Positions 1 through 7,627 of a stretch of 25,066 bases of DNA are shown one piece after another. The first letter of the stretch is position 1; each line of letters starts with the position of its first letter. Under the pieces are notes generated by a model. That model saw only the letters and a list, made by a program, of their open reading frames with translations. It did no database searches and was not told the origin of the DNA. The position numbers and the translations under genes are program-made. Source of the DNA: Oligoflexales bacterium (lineage in GTDB: Bacteria; Bdellovibrionota_B; Oligoflexia; Oligoflexales; RGVZ01); assembly GCA_044236265.1 (NCBI GenBank), contig JBIIGV010000034.1, positions 1 through 25,066 of the forward strand. Direction: 5' to 3'.

Positions 1-114
1 TCGGAGAAAACCACTGCATGCACGAGTAAAACAATTGTAAAACGGCCTAAAGCCGTTACCCTGATTGGGTTAATGAGGCGAGTCCTTGGACTCCGAAGGC
101 GGATTAATTGAGGC

Positions 115-2583
115 TTATAAAGTCAAATCAAGCGGGCTGCGGAGGAGTTCTCGACGCAGGGCATGGGCGGCATCCTTGTATCCAGGAATTGCGGATAGAG
201 ACTGCAAATAGGTTCCAACCCGGTACATAAGCCCCATGAGGTCACCAACGCCAAAATATTCGGTTGTGCCGTCCTTAACAATCGACTGCCAATCGGCTCC
301 TGAAGCCCACTGCCGTATGACCCAACCTGCGTTAGGATTAAACTCTTTGATCTGATGCCAAGTCCTGCGGCCAAATGGCAGATCATAAATCTCTGGGAAG
401 AGTTCTACCGGGTAGAACGATTCTAATTCCTCCTCGAGTTTAGCAGCATCAAACGGAAATTTATAATTTGATCCACAGCCTGGTTCTTTGAATCTTGGAA
501 GACAAAGTGCAGCCATCAGCTCCGCTACTTGAATCATTTTTTCGGGTGTTATCATGTCGCGGACAATCATGCTTGAAAGAAGTAATCCGCCACTTTGAGG
601 AAAGTATTTGGCAATTGAGCCCAATCTTGTCAGCGTCTCATCATGATCGATGCAGCCGAGTTTGTGCAAATGCAGATGCATTGCGGATAGTTTTGCTTGT
701 GCGCGAAAGTCAAGATAGCCGTGGCACACAGGTCGAAAGCTACACTCTTGGCAGGCTGTCTGGCTGGTTGGGAGATCCGACTCCATATTCGCCTTAAAAC
801 GCGCGTATTCTGCGGCTGGACTCTGGCAGGGAATTGATGATGATGCCAGCTTGTTCTCAACATCTGGACGACGGATCAGTCTCAGGTCAGTCTTGCGATG
901 CTGGTACTTGAGAAAGCTGCGGCCGTAAATACTTTCAACCGTGTTGAGATTAAGACCGCGACCAATCAGTCCTAGGAGTGTTGTGGGATCCGTGCGAAGT
1001 CGAGAATTGCATGGCTCACGCTTGGCTCCAGCCTGACGTGAGTAGGCTTCAATATTAGGCCAAAGTGAAAAGCCGATGACGTCTTTCCCCCGTCGTCCTG
1101 CTCGACCCAACATTTGTAGTATTTCACCCTCTGCGTACGGTGTCATGCCCCCTTCGCCAGGGCGTTGGTAGTCGGCAATCAAAGCACTTCTCACGCTGAA
1201 GTTTATGCCAAGAGATAGACCCATAGTGGCGCAGCAAAAGCGCAATAGGCCGTCTTTTACGAGGCGCTCTACAGCGATTCTGGCAGCAGGTGCGAGCCCC
1301 GAATGGTGAAATGCAACACCGTAAGTCTGCATCATCCGCCGCAGAGCGGGCTTAATAAACGTTAAGGCTCCAACGTCCTTATGGGCCGCCTGCAAGACGG
1401 CGCCAATCTTCTCAGCTTGTTCAGCGGACAGTGGGGGAAGTGCTCGCTCAATCTGCTGCGCGAGAGACTCGCAATCAAAACGCTTGCCGCAGTATATGAT
1501 GCAAGGTGTTAGCTCTAGATCAATCAGCGAGGGTAACCTGTTAACCAGATCTTGGTGGCGAAGAGGCAGCTCTTTATGGGTCGGATTCAAGTTGCGAAAT
1601 GCATCTTTTGGAATGTTATCCTCGGTCAACCAATGGCCACCATAGTAAACTAGATTGGTTAGGGGCACAGGCCGATGTTCGGTACGTACCATCGTACAGC
1701 GCTTTTTGCCTTGAGTTGATATCCAGTCTGCAAAGTCTTCAGCGTTCGCAACTGAAGCACTGAGTAGCAGGACCTGGCAGGATGGCGGTGTTAAAATAAG
1801 AGCCTCTTCCCACGCGCTGCCACGTCCCTCATCTTGAAGGTAGTGATACTCATCAAAAACAACTAATGTGCGGCCTAAATCTGGTTCAATACCAAGTAGG
1901 GAGTTGCGATAACTTTCCAGGGTGGCCACAACGATAGGCGCATCAAGGTTTTCTTTGATGTCACCTGTAGCAATACCAACTTTTTCATGGCCAAACATGG
2001 CACGTAGTTCGCGAACTTTGTCATTTGACAAAGATTTAACCGGCGTTGTGTAAGCGGCTCTGAAAGTTGGCTCATCAATGTTCATAGCAAAGAAAACTTC
2101 GACCGCTCGGGTCTTGCCGGCCGTTGTGGGTGCATCCACAACGACGCTTTCACCAGAACGTAAAAGGTCAAAGACCTGCTGTTGCCATACATCCAATGGG
2201 AGTGACCGTGGGTCTGGTTTTGTGGTCCCTAGATTGTTATTGGCACGTAACTCTTCGCCAGCAGACAACCATTCGCGAATCGACTTGCGACTGCCTTCGA
2301 TGGCTTCCTGGGGAACCTGTTTTGCAGGTCCGCCTTTCGGCTCGCCCGGGCGCCCCTGCTTACCCGGCCCGCCCCATGGGCCAGTAAAATGCGGTTTGTG
2401 TCGCGGCGGAGGCATTCCCTTGCGGTGATGGTGGGGTGGCCTACTGGAGTCACTGCTGTTTTGTTGTCGGCCGTTTTGATCGGAGGAATGATTTGCGTTG
2501 CCATCGCGGTTTGAGCCGTTTTTGCCAGATTTTCTTTTTCCAGATTTGGAATATTTTCGCGGGCCAAAACCCTGACGGCTCAT
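115..2583 (-). CDS. Ski2-like/HelY-family SF2 DExH-box RNA helicase
   Basis: Motif I APTTAGKT, Ia TTPVKSLSNDK, II DEYH, III LSAS, FHHSGL, V ATMGLSLGIN, VI QMLGRAGRRG. About 95-aa low-complexity basic N-terminus. Confidence 0.92.
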   Translation of the reverse strand: MSRQGFGPRKYSKSGKRKSGKNGSNRDGNANHSSDQNGRQQNSSDSSRPPHHHRKGMPPPRHKPHFTGPWGGPGKQGRPGEPKGGPAKQVPQEAIEGSRKSIREWLSAGEELRANNNLGTTKPDPRSLPLDVWQQQVFDLLRSGESVVVDAPTTAGKTRAVEVFFAMNIDEPTFRAAYTTPVKSLSNDKVRELRAMFGHEKVGIATGDIKENLDAPIVVATLESYRNSLLGIEPDLGRTLVVFDEYHYLQDEGRGSAWEEALILTPPSCQVLLLSASVANAEDFADWISTQGKKRCTMVRTEHRPVPLTNLVYYGGHWLTEDNIPKDAFRNLNPTHKELPLRHQDLVNRLPSLIDLELTPCIIYCGKRFDCESLAQQIERALPPLSAEQAEKIGAVLQAAHKDVGALTFIKPALRRMMQTYGVAFHHSGLAPAARIAVERLVKDGLLRFCCATMGLSLGINFSVRSALIADYQRPGEGGMTPYAEGEILQMLGRAGRRGKDVIGFSLWPNIEAYSRQAGAKREPCNSRLRTDPTTLLGLIGRGLNLNTVESIYGRSFLKYQHRKTDLRLIRRPDVENKLASSSIPCQSPAAEYARFKANMESDLPTSQTACQECSFRPVCHGYLDFRAQAKLSAMHLHLHKLGCIDHDETLTRLGSIAKYFPQSGGLLLSSMIVRDMITPEKMIQVAELMAALCLPRFKEPGCGSNYKFPFDAAKLEEELESFYPVELFPEIYDLPFGRRTWHQIKEFNPNAGWVIRQWASGADWQSIVKDGTTEYFGVGDLMGLMYRVGTYLQSLSAIPGYKDAAHALRRELLRSPLDLTL

Positions 2584-2642
2584 ATGTAAGCGTGCCCCTT
2601 CCGTGGTTACTCTAATAGGGTAGCGTTGAATGAAGTAAATCG

Positions 2643-2681
2643 AAAGAAAAAACGGCTGCCCTTGATAAGAGCAGCCGTTTT
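2643..2681 (-). terminator. Rho-independent terminator of the glutamine synthetase gene
   Basis: Minus strand reads AAAACGGCTGC-TCTT-ATC-AAGG-GCAGCCGTTTT-TTCTTT. The long stem has one pair that is G-U only in the minus-strand RNA and is followed by a U tract. It lies about 15 nt after the TGA at 2696. Confidence 0.88.
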
Positions 2682-2695
2682 CATGGTGACAACCA

Positions 2696-4903
2696 TCACA
2701 TCACGTAGAGGATCTCGCGGTACTTGGGTAGTGACCACAGTTGATCATCGACCAAAAGCTCAAGCTCATCACTGACCTTGCGCACCTCTTCCATCAATGG
2801 CATCCCCTCGGCTGCGATCTTGGCCGCAAGCTTCGGTTCGTCATGAATGGACGAACATTGATCAACGAATCCACCAAGCTTGTCTTTTGCGGTTGCAATC
2901 TTGGCCGTTAGATCACTCGCATGACGAAGTTGCTTCTCGATCTCTGAAGGGACTGATCCCAAGGCTGTTTTTAGGCTGGCGGCAGATTGAGCGAGAATTC
3001 TGGTGTGCGCGACGGCTGCGGGAAATACTTCGTTAGAGAGCATTTCTTGCAAGGTTTCGAGCTCAATCATCCTGACTTTAATGTAGCGCTCAAGTTTAAC
3101 GTTGTACCGCGCCTCAACCTCTTCACCGCGGTGTACGCCCAACGCAGAAAGCATCGACTTATTTTTTGTTTCTTTGATGGCAGCCAGCGCATCGGGCGTT
3201 GTACGGATGTTCGGCAGGCCACGCTTTTCAGCCTCTTTATGCCAGTCCTCACTGTAGCCATTACCCTCAAAGCATACGCGTTTGTGTTCATTTAGCGTAT
3301 CGACAATCAATTTCAGAATGTCATCTTGAGTTGGACGGGACGCGACCTTCTTCAGCTGTTCGTTCATCTCGCTTAGTGTTCTTGCAACCGCTGCATTCAG
3401 GTAAGTGAGTGATGGCGAAATCGATGCCGATGCGCCCACGGCTCGGAACTCAAACTTGTTGCCAGTAAATGCGAACGGTGACGTGCGATTGCGATCTGTG
3501 TTATCGCGAGCAATGACAGGGACTCGCGCGAGGTCAAGGTTGATGTTACGAGCGCGATCGGAAAGGTTACCTCCGCCAGCGGTTGTTAGTTTTTGAACGA
3601 CCTCGGTCAGCGTGTCACCCAAAAAGCAGCTAATGATAGCTGGTGGGGCTTCGTTGGCCCCGAGGCGGAAGTCGTTACCAGCAGAGGCGATACTCATGCG
3701 GAGCAGTGTAGCGTACTCGTTTACAGCTTTGATGGTGCCGGCCAGGAACCACAGGAAACGAATGTTGTCCATGGGGTTGTCGCCAGGCTCCAAAAGGTTG
3801 TGACCATGGTTGTCGGCTAGAGACCAGTTCACATGCTTGCCGCTACCATTGATGCCTGCATATGGTTTCTCATGAAATAAGACTTGCAGTTGATGACGGC
3901 GAGCCACAGTTCTCAGAACTTCGAGAACTAATTGGTTGTGGTCAGCAGCAATATTAGCGTTTTCGTAAATAGGTGCGATCTCACATTGGCTTGGCGCAAC
4001 TTCGTTGTGCCGCGTCTTGCATGGTACACCGAGCTTATAAAGCTCGTACTCAGCTTCCATCATGAAAGACAAAATACGCGGCTTGATTGAGCCAAAATAA
4101 TGGTCTTCAAGTTGTTGTCCGCGCGGTGGGTTACGACCAAGCAAGGTTCTTCCGGCCAAAAGTAGATCAGGTCGTAGGTTAAACAGGGCTTCATCGCAGA
4201 CAAAATATTCCTGTTCTGGGCCGGCACTGGCCATGACGTATTTTGCATCTTGGCCCAAGAGCTTTAATGAATCGGTGGCTGCTTTGTTTAGCGCTGAAAG
4301 GGAGCGTAGAAGAGGAGTCTTTTCGTCGAGCGCTTCACCGTTATAGGAGATAAACAAACTGGGAATGCACAATGTCAGACCGTTTTCACTGGCCATAAGA
4401 AACATAGGTGAACTGGCGTCCCATGCTGTGTATCCGCGCGCTTCAAATGTCGCTCGCATACCGCCAGACGGGAAGCTGCTTGCGTCCGGTTCGGACTGAA
4501 TCAGCTCTTTACCGGTAAAGCGTTCAATCGGGTTGCCTTTCTTGTCAAAACTAAAAAACGCATCGTGCTTTTCTGCGGTTGCGCCAGTCTGCGGCTGAAA
4601 CCAGTGACAATAGTGCGTTGCGCCTCGGGAAAGAGCCCACTCGCGAACAGCTTCGGCGACCTTGTTGGCAAGATCAAGAGTTAGAGGACGGTCGCTGGTA
4701 GCAAATTCTTTCAGAACTGCAATGTCAGCAGCCGGGAGTTTCTTTTCCATCATTTCAAAGCCAAAAGTGTTGCAGCCAAAATATTCACTGGCTTTCAGGC
4801 CGTCTTCATGTGGGCGCGAGAATGTTTTGGTGAAAACTCTTGGGGCACGCGCTCCTGCTGTTCTGACCGCATCAAACCGTGCTGAAGCCCTGTTGGTCGT
4901 CAT
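2696..4903 (-). CDS. glnA: Glutamine synthetase type III (GSIII)
   Basis: GSIII signatures: GATHYCHWFQP, AEKHDAF, SEPDASSFPSGGMRATFEARGYTAWD, HNEVAPSQ, HEKPYAGINGSGKHVNW, RLGANEAPP, DRNRTSPFAFTGNKFEFR, C-terminal WSLPKYRE. Start placed at ATG 4903 (AGGAG 7 nt upstream) rather than the ORF-track start at 4975. Confidence 0.95.
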   Translation of the reverse strand: MTTNRASARFDAVRTAGARAPRVFTKTFSRPHEDGLKASEYFGCNTFGFEMMEKKLPAADIAVLKEFATSDRPLTLDLANKVAEAVREWALSRGATHYCHWFQPQTGATAEKHDAFFSFDKKGNPIERFTGKELIQSEPDASSFPSGGMRATFEARGYTAWDASSPMFLMASENGLTLCIPSLFISYNGEALDEKTPLLRSLSALNKAATDSLKLLGQDAKYVMASAGPEQEYFVCDEALFNLRPDLLLAGRTLLGRNPPRGQQLEDHYFGSIKPRILSFMMEAEYELYKLGVPCKTRHNEVAPSQCEIAPIYENANIAADHNQLVLEVLRTVARRHQLQVLFHEKPYAGINGSGKHVNWSLADNHGHNLLEPGDNPMDNIRFLWFLAGTIKAVNEYATLLRMSIASAGNDFRLGANEAPPAIISCFLGDTLTEVVQKLTTAGGGNLSDRARNINLDLARVPVIARDNTDRNRTSPFAFTGNKFEFRAVGASASISPSLTYLNAAVARTLSEMNEQLKKVASRPTQDDILKLIVDTLNEHKRVCFEGNGYSEDWHKEAEKRGLPNIRTTPDALAAIKETKNKSMLSALGVHRGEEVEARYNVKLERYIKVRMIELETLQEMLSNEVFPAAVAHTRILAQSAASLKTALGSVPSEIEKQLRHASDLTAKIATAKDKLGGFVDQCSSIHDEPKLAAKIAAEGMPLMEEVRKVSDELELLVDDQLWSLPKYREILYVM

Positions 4904-4962
4904 GGCAAACTCCTGATCATGAATGTTTGAGAAGCCGGATGCTCTGGCCTGAGCAAGGTCGG

Positions 4963-4987
4963 CAATGAGAGACATAAACTCTCATTG
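4963..4987. promoter_or_regulatory. Perfect 9-bp inverted repeat upstream of glnA (operator or 5' hairpin)
   Basis: CAATGAGAG-acataaa-CTCTCATTG. Confidence 0.55.
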
Positions 4988-4994
4988 GAATGAT

Positions 4995-5024
4995 TTTATA
5001 GCTGTTTTGCACAAGGGTGGGCAA
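4995..5024 (-). promoter_or_regulatory. Possible sigma70 promoter of glnA
   Basis: TTGCCC-N18-TATAAA on the minus strand, which would place +1 near 4988. Weak match. Confidence 0.3.
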
Positions 5025-5061
5025 GAACAAAGCTGTGAAATTTTTGGTAAAAAAACCAACT

Positions 5062-5700
5062 TTAGGGTGCTTTTGCCTTAACGCAATCTTCAACTTGTTG
5101 GCGAAGTTCGTCCAAAGAGCAGTTAGTATCCAGGACCAGCGATGCTTTGCGGGTTTTTTCGGTTTGTGGCATTTGGGCTGCTATAAATTTGAGCGCTTCG
5201 GATTTGCTGAGTTTTGAGCGATCACACAGCCGCGACAGTTGGATATCTTCTGGGCACGATGTGACCCACAGCTCCCTGAAAAGTTGGTCCCGTCCGGTCT
5301 CAAAAATCAACGCAGCCTCGTAGAAAAAAGACTTTTTTGTTTGGTGAAGATTCAAATCCTCGACAATTTTTTTCAGTGATCGGTGGATAGCAGGGTGAAT
5401 AATTCCCTCCAGGGTCTTACGCTGATCTGGATCATCCATGACGAGTGTCCGAAGTTTGGCGCGGTCAAGCTGACCGTCTTTGGTCACGATGTTCCGACCA
5501 AAATGCTGTATTAACTCTGACAGTGCGTTGGACCCAGGTTTCACAACATCTCTTGCGAGTTGATCAGCATCGATAACGGTTTTGCCGAGGTCTCTTAATA
5601 TTTGTGCCACTGTGGATTTTCCTGTGGCAACACCACCAGTCAATCCAATGCACTGTGTTTTAAGTACTTTTTTAAATTGATCTTCAGACAGTCCATTCAC
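5062..5700 (-). CDS. coaE: Dephospho-CoA kinase
   Basis: IGLTGGVATGKSTV P-loop, IDADQLAR, LDRAKLR, LEGIIHP, AAQMP. GTG start 3 nt after the stop of the upstream gene. Confidence 0.95.
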   Translation of the reverse strand: MNGLSEDQFKKVLKTQCIGLTGGVATGKSTVAQILRDLGKTVIDADQLARDVVKPGSNALSELIQHFGRNIVTKDGQLDRAKLRTLVMDDPDQRKTLEGIIHPAIHRSLKKIVEDLNLHQTKKSFFYEAALIFETGRDQLFRELWVTSCPEDIQLSRLCDRSKLSKSEALKFIAAQMPQTEKTRKASLVLDTNCSLDELRQQVEDCVKAKAP

Positions 5701-5703
5701 GGT

Positions 5704-7596
5704 TTATAGCTCCCAAGATAGCCCGAGCACGAGAGAGTGACCTAATTTGTCTTTGTTCTGAATCGTTGTAGGAGCGTAACCAAACATAAAATTGATGTCA
5801 CTAGATGCACTGACCTCATGAGGAAGCAACAGAGCATAGGTTCCAAGAGGTGCTTTGTCGAGATCAAGATTGTAGGAGTTAATGATGCGTGGTCTACCAC
5901 GTCTTTTCTTGCCTTTCTTACTTTTAGCGGACGAGGCTGGATCACTTACAAATGCGTCAATGACGCCGACAACGTAGAGGCCTCCAAATGATGCCATGGA
6001 AAGACTTGCGTTTTGCTTGGCTTTTGCAATCACGTCTTTGCCTTGTTTTTCTTTTTGCGCGGTTTCCTCATCGTAAGCTTCCTGATCAGCTGGATCGATA
6101 TTTTCGCGCTCTACCTGGCGTTCAGCCATAATGGTGTTGACTTTCGCGGTGTAAGAGGCAGCTGCATCCGAGTTTGATTTATACATTAGAAGTGCTGCCG
6201 CTTCACCGCCAAGGAAAACAAGTCCCTTGAATGTGCTGCCTTTGCAGAACTGCCCAGCGCCAAATGGCAGAATTTTGATAAATGCGCCGCAGTCATCTGA
6301 AGATGACTTCGCTTTCTTGGCGCTGCGACTCGACATCGAGGTCGAAGGCAGACGCGGTGGCGGAGGCATTCCGCTTCCAGATGGCTCTTTTGGCAACGCA
6401 GGTTCCACAATTGGCTGTGCAGCTGCCATGGGGTCTTCCGGTGGAGGTCCAAGATAACCTCCATACGGATCGGCCACTGGCGGCGCAGCATACGGCTGGT
6501 AGACCGATGGCGGTGGTGGTGGCGGTGCGTATGCGTAAGGATTTGGTGGCGGCGCCATGTATCCACCGTAAGGTGAGGGCGGATAAGATGGGTAGGCCGG
6601 GTAAGCTGGAGGTGCGTACATCGGTTGCGGTTGGTACATCGGTGGTTGAGCGTACATTTGAGGAGGTTGATACATCGGCATAGCAGGCATCACGGGTTGA
6701 ACTGGCGCTGGTGGTGGTGTCACCATCTGCGGAGCGGTAACTGCAGGCAATGCAGGCTGCGTAGGAATGGGCGGATTAAATTCCGCCATGCTTGGCTCGT
6801 CGCCAAATAGGCTATCTTTCGATGGCTTCTTGCCACCTGCTTGAGCGTTACCGCCTGCCATAGGGTTAGGAAGAGGAATGGACGGTGTCTTGTTTTGTGC
6901 CACAGGTTTCGGTTGTGGTTTGGGCTTTGGCTGAATTTTTTCAAGGTTTACTTTGACGACGCTCGTTTTGTTCTTCTCAAGTCTTACGGAGTTTCGCGAG
7001 GAGCGATGTCCAGGGGCTGCAACCTCAATGACAACTGTGCCTGGATCAACATCAATTTCGTCACCTGCCGATCCATGGGCAATACCATCAATCCTAACGG
7101 AAGAATTAGGCACATTTGAAAGCACTTTGAGAATGGTACGGTTTGACGGCTTCTTCGATACGGCAGCACCACGACTTCCAGCCTGCTGCTTAGTACCTGC
7201 TTGAGCTGATGATGCTTTGACCGCATTAAAAAATGGAATGACGGACTCATCAACAACTTCATTGTCTTTTAGCTTGATCGCTGGGTTTGTTATCTTGGCT
7301 TTCTGAAAGGAGGATGCGGCCGCATTTTTATTGCCTGTCATGAATTGGGCTACACCCAGATACTTGTAAGTTTCAGCCAATTCACCGCGAGTCTTCACCT
7401 TTTTAAGGGCAGCACTTAGCTGGGCCTCTGCGCCTTTAGCGTTATTTCTCATAAGAAGCTGCTGACCTGGTTTCCACGCCTGCGCCAAAGCGGTGTTTGA
7501 TAGAGTCATCATGAATAGGGAGAGTGTGAAAATAATACGAGCCTTGGCCGCAAGCTTTTGCAGTCCTGGTTGCATTATGTTCATCACGCTAATCAA
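5704..7596 (-). CDS. Exported TPR + PEGA-domain protein with Pro/Tyr-rich linker and DUF5683-like C-terminal membrane region
   Basis: Signal peptide ending ALA-QA; TPR-like AETYKYLGVAQFMTGNKNAAASSFQKA; PEGA-like LKVLSNVPNSSVRIDG...APGH...VKVNL; P/Y/Q-rich tract; ILPFGAGQF..KGLVFLGGE and GLYVVGVIDAF; C-terminal LVLGLSWEL. TTG start with AGAGGA SD. Confidence 0.7.
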   Translation of the reverse strand: MISVMNIMQPGLQKLAAKARIIFTLSLFMMTLSNTALAQAWKPGQQLLMRNNAKGAEAQLSAALKKVKTRGELAETYKYLGVAQFMTGNKNAAASSFQKAKITNPAIKLKDNEVVDESVIPFFNAVKASSAQAGTKQQAGSRGAAVSKKPSNRTILKVLSNVPNSSVRIDGIAHGSAGDEIDVDPGTVVIEVAAPGHRSSRNSVRLEKNKTSVVKVNLEKIQPKPKPQPKPVAQNKTPSIPLPNPMAGGNAQAGGKKPSKDSLFGDEPSMAEFNPPIPTQPALPAVTAPQMVTPPPAPVQPVMPAMPMYQPPQMYAQPPMYQPQPMYAPPAYPAYPSYPPSPYGGYMAPPPNPYAYAPPPPPPSVYQPYAAPPVADPYGGYLGPPPEDPMAAAQPIVEPALPKEPSGSGMPPPPRLPSTSMSSRSAKKAKSSSDDCGAFIKILPFGAGQFCKGSTFKGLVFLGGEAAALLMYKSNSDAAASYTAKVNTIMAERQVERENIDPADQEAYDEETAQKEKQGKDVIAKAKQNASLSMASFGGLYVVGVIDAFVSDPASSAKSKKGKKRRGRPRIINSYNLDLDKAPLGTYALLLPHEVSASSDINFMFGYAPTTIQNKDKLGHSLVLGLSWEL

Positions 7597-7627
7597 ACTA
7601 GTGATCCTCTATAAGTACGGGTTAAAA

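Noticed and set aside
4904..5061. Known glnA glutamine riboswitch or sigma54 (-24/-12) promoter upstream of the glutamine synthetase gene
   Set aside because: I found no TGGCAC-N5-TTGC element and no resemblance to the riboswitch consensus by eye.
6430..6780. GGT/GGC-rich repeats as a CRISPR array or DNA tandem repeat
   Set aside because: They are explained by Pro codons on the minus strand; there is no constant repeat-spacer periodicity and no cas genes.
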